A DNA stretch of 64,000 nt from Callorhinchus milii (lineage: Eukaryota), in assembly GCF_018977255.1 (NCBI RefSeq), contig NW_024704743.1:104348001-104412000 (forward strand), in the 5' to 3' direction. Position 1 is the first letter of the stretch. The number at the start of each line of letters is the position of its first letter. Positions 38,664 to 51,069 of this stretch are shown one piece after another. The notes below the pieces were generated by a model. It was not told the origin of the DNA, made no database searches, and was given only the letters and a program-made list of their open reading frames with translations. Position numbers and translations under genes: made by a program.

Positions 38664-39924
38664 CTGAGAGTAAGATTTTCGGCACAAATGCTTGGGTGTA
38701 AATGTTAACGGAAATTCACCTCCATCTGTCTGAGATGTCCTTATAATGTGAATAATTGTGGAAATGTCAACTCTATTATTAGTCAACTCTGTTCCCTGAC
38801 AGCAGCAAAAACACTGACCTCGAATAATGGGATTGACAAGCTGACATTGCTGTGCAGGAACAAAGTTGACATTTCAGAAATCCTCCTTTGTGCATTGAAA
38901 TTGCCCTGTACCTGCAGTTCAAGAGTGATTGCAGCATATCTGCAGAAGAGCCTTGATCCCATTTAGATCGAAGCACGATCTGTGAGCTTGAACACTGAGT
39001 CATGAAGCAGGGAAGGGTTTGCCGTGAGACAGGTAGGATCTGAACATTAAGCGCAAAAGTCAGAATGCTGTATTTGAAGGGAGACTGCTCATTTACCCGT
39101 ACATTCTCTTGGAGAAAAGAGATTTATGTTTGAATCATTTCCCCAGTCCTATAAAATACGTGCTCGCATGGTGCATTCTGGCAGGAATAATGACTGATCT
39201 TTAAGATGCATCAAAACTGATTTCTAATAATAATAATATTGCATTTAATATAGTGCCTTATCACACCATCATTAAAGCGCTTCAAGGGATTTTATGGTGA
39301 CGTTTATTGATTGTAATTTGTAGACCACCATCATTAAATGCAGTATCTATGTAGATATACGCAGAATATTTAGCTTAATCTGGTCTCTGTGCTTTTACGT
39401 GCACAAGTGCAAATTAACCAACCTGAAATCTGAGTGGAGATTAAAAGAAACAATATGGCCACCCCAAGTCCACATCTGCCTATAGTATACACAGTCACCC
39501 TCAGCACTCACTGTGACTTTATGGCATAAAGGCAGGTAAAAGGGACTGAAAGGATTGCTTTTTAAATAGTCGACAAGGACACGATGTGCTGTAAATTTAT
39601 ATAGTTCGAAGGTTTACAGTAAATCCCATGAAGCACTTTGAGACGTCCTCCTAATGTGAAAAGCGCTATATCAATTCTAAAGGATTATTGTTACTCTCCT
39701 GGAAATTTTTGAGTATTCCCTTCCCCTAGCCTTCCGACTTTGCTACAATGATTGGACCTGAAGATGGGTTGGCAGCTGCTGTTGAACTTCAGTGGCTCTC
39801 ACTTTTTTATTGGGTCTTGCTATTAATGCTATCTCAGGTAATATTTTCTTACCTGAGAATTCCCCCCCCACCACCAGTTACAGCACTAGCTCAAGTTCAA
39901 AGCTATTGGGCCCTCTTTTAGCTC

Positions 39925-40221
39925 AACAACAACAACAACAACAAGATTCCATTTATAAAGCGCCTTTCACGTCAGGAGGACGTCCCAAGGCGCTGCACAG
40001 TTGGGTCATGACCCGAGCAGGGGGGAAATGGTCAGGGCAAGGGAAGGGAGGGAGCCAGGAGGGGGGAAATGGTCAGGGTGAGGGGAGGGAGGGAGCGAGG
40101 AGGGGGAAGAGAGTCGAGAGGGGAGCTGAAGGCACGGCCAAAGAGAAAGGTTTTGAGACCGGACTTGAAGGAGGAAAGGGAGGAAGCAAGGCGAAGGCAC
40201 TGGGGGATGGAGTTCCAGAGC
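39925..40221 (-). mobile_element. Short young L2 3' end
   Basis: (caa)n tail; LWNSIPQCLRLASSLSSFK. Confidence 0.92.
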
Positions 40222-41117
40222 ACCAACAACACCTTGCATTTATATTGTCCCCTTCATGTAGGGTAGCGTATCGTTTGAAGAGGCAGGATTTGTAGCAGGA
40301 CTTAAAGGCAGAAAGAAGGTGAGACAGAGAGGTAGAGGGAGGGAGTTTCAGAGGTTAGAGACGTGAGACGGAGAGGTAGAGGGAGGGAGTTTCAGAGGTT
40401 AGAGACATAGGAACTGAAGACTTGGTCATGATAGTGGCACAGAGAGGCCCAGCGATTCACAACAAACCCGAGTTAGCTAAGCAGAGGTATAGGGTAGGAG
40501 AAAATCGGAGTGATAAGGGGAAGCCAATGGATTTGTAGTTGAAGATGGGGACTTCACCTGATCCACTGGGAGAAAGGAAGGACATTAACGCTCATTTTAA
40601 TTTTCCATTTGTTTTTTGTAATATATATCTTTTTAACCTATAACATGCAAGTTAATGCAAACTACCCACTCCAAGGGAGACACATTTTTTTAAAATTTAA
40701 GTTTCAGAGTATTTTTAAATAGCTTGTTTATTTAAATATTATTTTAAATAAAAAAACATTAGAAGACAAATTAAATACCCCTGAAACTGTAGTCTTGCTT
40801 TTCCTTCTAATTGAAAGTGGATTGAATTTCTTTCGATAAAATCAGGGGAGAATTCCTGTGACGTTTAAAAGAAATAAAAACTGAAAGAATAAAACTGAAA
40901 TTGTAATACTTTTGTTGATATACATGTAGTAATTCTTGATTTGACCGTTGGGTGGAGCTTTTCACAGCCATGGAATACTCTCTTTCCCTGCCCCCCCACA
41001 CTCCCACCCATCCCCTTCCTCCACAGATAGGGAATGGTATAATGTACTAATTCTTGCATTTGACATAGTGTTTTATCACAACGTTTAGATGTCTCAAAGC
41101 GCTTCAAAGCACTCTGA

Positions 41118-41790
41118 AACATCGCCAGACTACGGCACTACCTCACCCCTCACACTGCTGAAACTCTGGTCCACGCCTTTATCACCTCAAGGCTGGACTA
41201 TGGGAACTCTCTCCTTGCCGGCCTTCCCGGCACCTCCCTCCACAAGCTGCAGGTCATTCAGAACTCTGCAGCTCATGTACTGTCCCGCACCAGGCTTCGG
41301 GACCACATCGCTCCCACCCTCGCTCGCCTCCACTGGCTCCCCATCCCCCAGAGGATCGAATTCAAGATCCTCATCCTCGCCTACAAGGCCATTCACGGCC
41401 TTGCTCCTTCCTACCTCTCCGACCTACTATCCCCCTACCTACCTGCCCGTACCCTCCGTTCCTCTGGCTCCGGTCTGCTCCACATTCCCCGCCCCAACTG
41501 CCCTACCATCGGTGGCCGGGCCTTCAGACTCTCAGCCCCTAGGCTCTGGAACTCCATCCCCCAGTGCCTTCGCCGCCTCCTCCCTTTCCTCCTTCAAGGC
41601 CGGTCTCAAAACCTTTCTCTTTGACAGTGCCTTCAGCTCCCCTCTCGACTCTCTACCCCCTCCTCACTCCCTCCCTCCCCTCACCCTGACCATTTCCCAC
41701 TTGCTCGGGTCCTGACCCAACTGTACAGCGCCTTGGGACGTCCTCCCGACGTGAAAGGTGCTCTATAAATGGAATCTTGTTGTTGTTGTT
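41118..41790 (+). mobile_element. Young L2 3' fragment inserted into an older SINE (41040-42090, - strand)
   Basis: ORF2 C-terminus and (ttg)n; SINE resumes at ttcacaga. Confidence 0.93.
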
Positions 41791-42249
41791 CACAGATCTT
41801 TACTGTAAAGTGGAATGACTATGTACTTGTAGGCGAATGAGGCAGCCAATTTGCACACATCAATGTTCCACAAACAACCTTGAAGTAAATGACCACTTTT
41901 ATCCAGAGGATTTTTGGCCAGGACACCAGGAGAAACCCCATTCCCTTTTTGATTAGTACATCGGATCTATAATTTCCATCTGACCAGGCAGATGGGCCCT
42001 CAGTTTAACTTCTCATCTGTAGGACAGAACCCCTAACAATGCAGTGGTCCCCCAACACAGCACTGTATTGAATGTCAATCCAGATCAAATAGCTTTGGAG
42101 TCTAAAAAGCAATGTTCATAGCTTGGATCCGTTCTGTTAGTGGCAATTTTTAAGTTGCTAATATTGGATTGTGAGATTTACGAATAGCAAACTGAGAATC
42201 GTAAACCGTTAAATCAGTTGCTTTTGCTGGTTTTCGTTATGCAAATCCC

Positions 42250-43720
42250 AGCTTCAAAGCCTTAACTCAAAAATAACCATAATAATTAGTGAAATTGAGT
42301 ACATTATTTAGCAAACCAAACTGTCTTTCAGAGCTTTTGATTCACATGTCATTTTTCGGTTCTGTTCCTTAGCCTTTCCAGCTCATAATTCTCTGAAGAT
42401 CAACAACAGTTACATTCCTGGGAAGATGTAATTCTGTGTTTGTAAGTGCCAACACTTTCATTGCCATAAAATCACTGCGTCTGAATGAATATGTAGATTT
42501 ATTCATTCTTCCAAATCCTCCACACACTTGGTAACTGTGCAGTGTTCAAAATTCAAGGAGTCAGTACGTGTGTGAAATACACATTTCCAATGGTGTTCAG
42601 TTATGAGCATCTCATAGTGGGTTGATGAATGATACAACAATTGAAAGATGCTTGATCCCACTATCCATGCCTTAGGCAAAACACGATGGCTGTCAGGTGT
42701 GGAGAGTAAGATGAATCATGTGGGGAATATTCCTGTTGCTGGAAGGTGTAAATCCTTGTGTGATCTAGGAAGGTCTCAGGTTTAATCAGGGTGCTATAAT
42801 TTGGCCTCAACATCCCTAGGCTTTGGGGGGTCAACTATCACTCATGACTTTAGATTTGTTCCTGTGGGAAACGTGCTCATGTGCAGATGTTGGGTGAAGT
42901 ACAGGATTGCCAATGATTTGTACTGTATTTCAATAGCTAGCTAATATTCACTGCCTAGAGCTATTACTAAGAGCCAATATTCATTGCTTAGCCCCATTGC
43001 AGAGATGGAATGTTTGCCCAGAGTCGTTGCTTTAGAATATTGCTTAGAGCTGCTACTCATTGCTTAGAGTTACATAGAATTACATAAAGTGGCAGGACAC
43101 GGAAATAGGCCATTCAGCCCAAGTTGTCGATGCTAAGTACTCCACATGAGTTTCCATCTCTCCTATTCCCACCCTCCCATACCCTTCTGTTACCAACATT
43201 ACCTTAACTCAACTATCTGCTAAAAGCCAAAGGTTGGTAAACATATGATCAAGAGAACAATATGCAGTTACCGATAAGATAAGGTGATGACACAAATGGA
43301 ACCGTACTCCAGGTCGCTAAGTAATTGCAGTTCAGCAGAAGAGAGGGAAAAGGAGAAAGAATGATTAAAAAAAAGCTGTTAATTGAAAGCCATGTACTGT
43401 GCTCTGAAATATGAGCACTGCAAAAGCAGATATTAAATCACTGGTGGCATTTACAGCGAGCACATTTTTGAGTCCCACAAGGATGCAGTAAAGACTGCCA
43501 CAGACTCCCATACTGGCACCTTTACATCTCTTTGTTTAAGCATATTTGTAAATCTTTTCACCTGAATTAATGCCTGTGGGATTTTGGATAATGCTGACTG
43601 AGGTGAATGCAGCTTGTGACAAGCGCACTGCACGAGTGTAGTTGTGCACTCTGTCAGTTACTGTGGAGTGTTATGTTTACCCCACTGGTGAAGAATCATA
43701 CCAGTCAGCTTCTCTCCATG
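42250..43720 (+). pseudogene. Dynein pseudogene segments: stalk / microtubule-binding domain
   Basis: LQSLNSKITIIISEIE (42252, cf. LDSLDKADISEIR); SWEDVILCL; QLSAKSQRLVNI*SREQY; DKVMTQMEP (cf. SRVVKVVEP); T*INAC; SVSYCGVL (cf. CVAYYGAF). Confidence 0.7.
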
Positions 43721-44039
43721 GGATAAAAGTGAAATATCATAGTTTTCCCTTGACAATTGTTGACAAGAATGGAGAGGGGATAGAAGAGAGGGGAACTAAA
43801 TTGCCAAGGTGAAAGGCTAGATAGGTTTGGGATGAATTCTCTTGCGATAAGGGCTGATAAGAAGAAATAAGCGACTCTTTCCTCTGGGTGGTACCAGAAG
43901 TGAGAGTCACCTTAAAACTAGGGCAAAACTGGTTGGAAGCAGATGAGAAGCCATTTCTTCCTGTGGAGAATAATAAGAATCTGGAATTGGCTGCTCCAGA
44001 AAGCCATAATGAGAAATTAATGCAGGGATTAATTACAAC

Positions 44040-45130
44040 AACCAACAAGAAGAACAAAATTACATTTGTATAGTGCCTTTCAAGTTGAGATGACGTCCCA
44101 AGGTGCTGGAAAGACAGGGTTTCGGACTAGGGGTCGGGATTTGGGAGGGTGGAGGACGGGAGGGAAGCAGGGTGATCGAAAGCACAATCGAAGAGGAGGG
44201 TCTTGAGATGGGTCTTGAAGGAGGCAAGGGAGATGGCGAAGTGGAAGGACTGCGGGATTCAGTTCTACAGGGTGGGGGCAGAGAGGCAGAAGTCCAGCCC
44301 GCCAAAGGTGGGGCGAGCGAGGCAGGGTACGTGAAGCAGGCCAGAGCCCGCCGAGCAGAGGGAATGAGCAGGATAGTAGGCGGTTAGGAGGTCAGAGAGG
44401 TAGGGGGAGCAAGGCCATGAAGGGCTTTGAAGGTGAGGACCAGGATCTTGAACTGTATCCTCTGTGTGATGGGAAGCCAGTGGATTTGGGCAAGGATTGG
44501 GTTGATAGATTCACGGAGCCTGGTGCAGGAGAGGACATGGGCTTCAGAGTTCTGGATGATCTGCAGCCTATGGAGGGAGGAGTTCGGGAGGCTGACAAGC
44601 AAGTCTGCATAGTCAAGCCTCGATGTAATGAAAGCGTGCATGAAGATTTTGAGACAATGGCAGAGCTGGGCGATGTTGCAGAGGTGGGGAAAGGCAGAGC
44701 AGGTCATGACATAGATGTGGGGTAGAAAGCATAGTTGAGGGTCAAACAAGACGCCAAGGTTCTGGACTAGCTTAGTAAGGTGGAGTGTGCAACCATGGAT
44801 GGTGATGCTGTCAGCACCTGAGGTGAGGAGGCGCTGATGGGAGCCAATCAGGAGAGCCTCGGGCTTGTTGACGTTCAACTGAAGAAAGTTAACTCTCATC
44901 CAGGATGATGTCTGACAGACTTTCTGTCAGCACAGCAGTGGTCCTGGAGTCAAGGGTGGAGGCAGAGAGGTACAGTTGGGTGTCATTCACATACATGTGG
45001 AAGTTGACCCCATGTCTGTGAATGATGTCACCAAGAGGGAGCATATAGATATTGAAGAGGAGGGGACCAAGGACAGAGCCCTGAGGAACGCCGCAAGAGA
45101 TGGTGCGGGGGCTAGAGGAGAAACTGTTTG
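44040..45130 (-). mobile_element. L2 LINE fragment (older subfamily)
   Basis: [27 protein letters not shown]. Confidence 0.92.
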
Positions 45131-46121
45131 CTTTCGGTACAGGATTCTTGACGCTGGGAGGAAATCTCAAAGCTCTTCACAAGATTTACTGTGAAGTTTA
45201 GCGACTGTATTTTTTAGCAAATATAGCAGTCAATTTGCACACAAAAATGTCCCACAAACAGCTATGAAGTGAGTAACCAACTTTATCTTGGCCATTGTTA
45301 ACCAGCCACTGGGAGAAAATCCCTTCTCTTTTTGAACGGTGCCATGAGATCTTTAACATTCATCTGAACAGGCAGATGGGACCTAAATTTAACCATCTCA
45401 TCCAGAGAACGGCACTTCCAACAATGCCACACAGCCTGAGCACTGCATTCAAATGTCAGCCTAGACTATATGAGTTCAAAGTCCCGACAAAATCTCTAAT
45501 ATTTTCACGTGGAGATACTTGGGGAGTAAAATTATTCAGGTTGGTTGGGGGCAGTTGAGAGGTGAGATTAGAGGAGGTTCCAGCACAGACACCATGGAAT
45601 AGTTAGAGGCGGAGTGGGTCATCTCTGTTCATCATTACCCATTTTTCTTATGATGGGTTATAAGTAACACTTATGAGTTTCTTCCGGTGTCCAAGTCAAA
45701 ACAACTCCCTAAATAAAAGTGGTCATTTACTTCATGGCTGTTTATTGGAAATTGCTTTGCGCAAATTGGTTTTGCATTTGCCCACAAAACTCACAGCAAT
45801 GCAATTTATGTAGCGTATCCTGTGAAGCGTATTGGGACATGAAAGCCTCAGTTACAAAATGCAAGGATTATTATAGAACCTGCTTGTCAATTATTCTGTA
45901 CCTTTGGAGCCAAAATGTTTGATCTCTATTTTGGCTCCAAACTCAACAAAACAGTTTTGAAGTGTGTGCTTGACTCAACATTGCTTTGACATGCAAATAA
46001 TTTGGGATATTAATTAAAATTTGCTTATAAAATTATGCCTCCATTCAACAGGTTCTGGTGTCTGCAGTGTTGTTCACCGAGCACACAGAAGGTTCAATTA
46101 TTCTATTATTATTTAAATCAG

Positions 46122-49100
46122 AAGGCAAAATTACGTTTGCTCTGCAAATTATGCTGATTAAGATGGCTTTCCATGTGTGTTAATCCCTGCATGTGTAACG
46201 CAAGAGAGTAATAGCATCCGTTGGGATGATATTGAACAAACCGCATCCTGCTTTTTTTGGCACTTTTTAACAAAAAGAGATGACTTTCAAACCAAATGTT
46301 AACAAAAGTAATGATACTAATAATTATCATCCTTACGTTTGATATACAGCACCAACAAAATTATATTTGTATAAAAAATACAAAAATTAAATTTGTATAG
46401 CACCTTTCACGTTGGGAAGAAGTCACAAGGCGCTGGACAATCAGTGTTTTGAACCATGCAGGGGGTCGGGATTGAGGAGGGTAGAGAGCAGGGGGTGAAG
46501 GAGGGTGATCAAAAACGCAGTTGAAGAGGAGGGTCTTGAGAGGGGTCTTGAAGGAGGCTAGGGAGTGGGCAAGGCAGAGGGACTGCGGGATAGAGTTCCA
46601 GATGATGGGGCCAGGCAATGGTGGGGCGGGCAAGGTGGGGGACACGAAGCAGGCCGGAGCCCGCTGATGCGGAGGGAGTGGGCAGGTTGGTAGGGGGTTA
46701 GGAGGTCATAGAGGTAGGGGAAGGAAGGCCATGGGGTGCTTTGAAGGTAAGGACCAGGATCTTGAACTGTATCCTCTGTATGATGGGAAGCCAGTGGAGT
46801 CGGGCGAGGATGGGAATGATAGGGTCGCAGAGCCTGGGGCGGGAGAGAACATGGTCCTCAGCGTTCTGGATGATCTGCAGCCTATGGAGGGAGGAGGTGG
46901 GGAGGCCGACAAGCAGGGAGTTTGCATAGTCGAGCCTGAATGTTATGGATGCGTGTTTGAGGGTTTCGGTGGCCGGCAGTGTCAGACAGTGGCAGAAGCG
47001 GGCGATGTTGAAGAGGTGGGGGAAGGCAGAGCGGGTCATGGCAGGGATGTGGGGTAGAAAGGACAGTTGAGGGTCAAACAAGGTGGCAAAGTTCCGGACT
47101 GGCTTAATAAGTGGGAGTGTACATCCTTGGACGGTGATGCTGTCAGTGCCTGAGGTGTGGAGGCGCTAACGGGAGCCAATCGGTAGAGCCTCAGTCTTGT
47201 TGATGTTCAACTGTAGAAAGTTAGCTCTCATCCAGGAATTGATAAAAAATATAATATTTTTTGTTATCAAATGCTTTGAGGCGTCACCTGACAAGCTTTG
47301 AGGTGCCATCATGTCAGGTGGCGCCTCAAAGCATTTGAGAACAATAATAGGAATCCTTGTATTTGATATAGTGCCTTATCATGTCATTGAGATATCTCAA
47401 AGAGCTTCATAGAATATATTGTAAAGTGGATTGACTTGGTGTTGTGTGGGCGAAACGTAGCAGCCAATTGCCCACAGCATTATCCCACAAAATGTCGTGA
47501 ATTGAGTGATCAATTTTTACTTGAGAGATTATTACCCCAGGAAAGCGATCTGCCAATTTACACAAAACCCTGTGTAGCTCTTTGAGGCATCTTCATTACA
47601 TGGAAGATGTTATATCAGGGGCTTGGAATATTAATAAGGGCACATGGCAAAATGTTGACAATTTTTCTGTCAAATGGAAAATACCACTGACCTTCAAACT
47701 GGAATATTTTGGCAAAGATGCAGTGGATAATAAACAATAAAATTTGAGCTGATTGTGAAAGCCGTGGAGACAGTAAATCACACCACGATTGTGGCTGCAC
47801 TGACTGTGTTTTATTTTCCTTGTGTGAGTTGGGGCCTGTGTGAAGACATAGAATGAGAGAAATTTACAGATGGCCATTTGGCCTATTGTATCTGCGTTGG
47901 CTGTTTTAAGAGCGATTGTATCAGCCCATTCAGTTCCACATGTAGTGCCTCGCTGATTTACATGATGCTGAAAAGCTCTGTTGCACACCAGCCAATACTT
48001 TGGTGATTTAACTTGATTCCATTTATAGACATCAAGGAGGAAATGGGGTTATGTGTCAGAGTTATTTTCTTCTGGAATCAAACATGAAGGATTTCTGTTC
48101 AACAAAATCATCTATCACATGATAAACATTATGCCTGTTGCTGAAACTACATATATTTTCTTGGTATGAATAATAACTGAGATAAAAAGTATTGGCACCA
48201 AGATGTTAAAGTGACTAAGAATTTCTCGGAGATTCACCAGCTGCTTTGGGCAAAATTCCTACAAAACTACACAGTGACTACACTTGACAGTAAATTGTGT
48301 AAAGTGCTTTGAGACGTCTTCCCAAAGTGAAAAGCAATATATAAATGCAAAGATTATTATTATTTTAAGTCAGTAGGTTGTCAATTCAATCCAGTCGCTG
48401 GGAGTGTCCTGCATTGTAGGTGATGCTGTTCTTCGGATGAGACGTTAAACCAAGGTACTGTATGCCTGTTCAGGTGGATGTTAAAGATCTCATGACTCTA
48501 TTTGAAAAGAGGAAAGGAATTGTTCACAGTGATCTGGGCAACAATCCCCCAAGTAAAACTCTGTTTGTGGGACTTTGCTGTGTGCAGTTGGGCTGCTGCA
48601 GTTGCCTACAAATACAGTCACTCCACTTCACAGGATTTTCCTGAGTAGTCTTGATGATATGGTGCTAAATCAAATATAGCATTATATTTGTTACACATAT
48701 TATTAGTGTGACGGGGGATGCATTTCCCACACTTGTGCACCTGCCGATAACTGCACATTTGCGAGCTTGCAATGACTCATGAACGTGCACTCTCTTCCTC
48801 ACGGACCCATCTTTTCATCCAATTCTAAACTTTTCAGGAGGTTTCCTGCAGGATCAGGGACAGGAATTCAGTGGGCACTGAAACTGGTAATACAGGATAT
48901 TCCCAGATCTATCGGGGAGAATTGTAACGCATAAGATCACTATCTAGGGATGGGCATAGTTGGCACGATGATACGAACAAGGGGGCTCAGTTCTGATTTT
49001 GAACATCTGGAGCTGAGACTTAAACCATAAAAGAGACCTGGAATATTCACTATAAGACTAAGAAGGGGAGGTTCAGAAAGAGAAGGCATTTTAGTACAAT

Positions 49101-49700
49101 CTGTGCAAGTCATGATGGGCCAAGTGGTTTTCTTCTGTGCTGTACATTTCTAAATTCTCTTTACCTGCCCACTGTTTCATGAAGTCTTTGCTTAATCTTT
49201 TCTAAGATCGTCATTTACTTATTACATTCAGTTTGTGATTATCTTAAGCAGATTTGCTGAGAATCTATTTATTTGTTTGATTTGAACAGTGAAAGTGAAT
49301 TTATTTATTCAGTGCAATTCGTTTTAGGTTATTTTCTATTTGCGCATTTTCAGCCTTCAGCCCTTTGTCTTAAAAGTGAGGATAGTGTAGAATTTAAGAA
49401 AATACATAAATGCAATCTGAATCTTGCGGTCAGTTTTCCACAATGCTTTGTAAAAACATGGAAAACCGATTTCTAAATTAACTGAAATGAAGAATTTTTC
49501 AAAATTCTGTACGATTTTAAATTTAAGGCAGCGAGCTTAAGCCTAAACTCCATGAGACCTCCAGAAATTGATTTAGCTTAGCTACTCACTGGATAAATGG
49601 AGTCAAAATAGTTACATTAAATATTCAATCATTTATATACCTCCAGCAGTGAATAATTTCTCTGGCATAAGGCCCTCTATTATTTAATTCATCACTATAT
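46122..49700 (+). pseudogene. Dynein pseudogene segments: AAA5 and extension
   Basis: RWLSMCVNP (cf. RWPLMIDP); EEMGLCVRVIFF (cf. PEVCIKVTIINF); SLLNLF*DRHLLITFSL at 49185 (cf. SRGLFEQHKLIYSF); LAVSFPQCF. Confidence 0.65.
46385..47240 (-). mobile_element. L2 LINE fragment (older subfamily)
   Basis: RLDYANSLLVGLP..LHWLPIIQRIQFK. Confidence 0.92.
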
Positions 49701-49809
49701 TAATTAAGACAAAATAATAATCCTTGTATTTGATATACACCTTTCACATCGGGAAGGCATCTCAAAGTGCTTTACGGATTTACTGTAGAGTGTAATGACT
49801 GTGTATTGT

Positions 49810-50025
49810 AATAATAATCCCTTCAAAAACCAAAAACAATAATTAATTGGTCATTTTCAATCTACGATTGTTTGTGGGACATTGCTGTGCGCAATTGGCT
49901 GCCGCGTTCGCCCACAAATATACAGTCAATTCACTTTGCAGTATGTTCTGTGAAGCGCTTTGGGACGTCCTCCCGACGTGAAAAGTGCTATATCAAATGC
50001 AAGGATTATTATTATTATTATTATT
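49810..50025 (+). mobile_element. 5'-truncated young SINE nested in an older - strand Deu-type SINE (49715-50370)
   Basis: Near-identical to the 3' part of 35279-35603; older SINE continues on both sides. Confidence 0.85.
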
Positions 50026-51069
50026 GTGTAGTCGAGCGCAGCAGCCGATTTGGGCACAGCAATGTCCCTCAAACAACGATGATGTGAATGATAAATTTTA
50101 TCTGGAGATTTGTTGGTCAGGACACGAGGAGAGACTCCCTTCTCTTTTTTAATAGTGTTATGGGATCTTTAATGTCTATTTGAATAGGTAGACTGGGCCT
50201 CGGGTTACAAATGTCTCAAATCCGAAGGACATTACCTCTGATAATATAGTGCACCCCCAGCGCTGTAATGGAATATCTGCCTGGCCTATTTTAGTTCAAA
50301 GACCCGATGTGGAGTTTGAACCTACAACCTTCTGACTCAGGTGAGAGTGCAATGAACTGAGCACCTGACAACTAAATTATCCCCTTTATGTGTGCTTCTT
50401 CCAACCTACTCGTGATTTATTGAAGTACCTATTTAAGACTCTTCATTTGATAAGTCAAGTAGTGTTAAATCAATGTCAGTGGACTGCATCAAAATCAAGA
50501 ATTCATCATGCATATCAGTAATCCTGTTAATAATCCTGCAAAATTCAGGGAATCCCCATTGAAATGGGAGCATCGTCATGTTAAAGGGATAAGACAAGAG
50601 GATCGCTTACATAAACTACTGCTATTCAGTCTTAAAAAGAGATGCTGGTTAAGTGATAATAATCCTTGCATATAATATAGAGGCTTATCACATCTTCAAA
50701 ACACCTCAAAGTGAATCACAGTAATATACTATAAATTGTAGTGAATTGTAGTGACTGTGTATTCGTAGGTGAACATGGTAGCTAATTTGCATACAACAGT
50801 GTCCCACAAACAGCCATGAAGTGAATCATCAATTTAATCAGGTGGATTGTTGGCCAGAAAACCAGGCTATACTTCCTTCTCTTTTCAAATAGTGCCATGG
50901 GATCTTCAACGTCCACCTGAACAGGCTTGGGTTTATTTTCTCATTCGAAGAATGGCACCTGGAACAATGCAGGGCACCCCCAGAAATACTCTAGAATGTT
51001 TGCCTAGACTGTGAGCTCAAAGTCCCAACATGAGGTTGGAACTCACAACCTTTTGACTCATTCTGCTGT

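Larger units (their letters stand above)
33891..39230 (+). pseudogene. Dynein pseudogene segments: AAA3 and AAA4
   Basis: tttgcag acceptor at 33890; GSLVVLIFNIHM (cf. IVIFVDDLNM); VENVCNIMTAC (cf. IQDVTIISAC); tttttag acceptor at 37220; TFNLTNTGKIFDA (cf. VFNLRDLSKCVQG); FESFPQ near 39130. Confidence 0.65.

Noticed and set aside
40319..40406. 44-bp direct repeat (2 copies)
   Set aside because: Local tandem duplication in an old L2 remnant; no spacer, not CRISPR-like.
45903..45941. Perfect 14-bp inverted repeat (tttggagccaaaat)
   Set aside because: Single small hairpin with no TSD or second copy; not enough to call a MITE or terminator.
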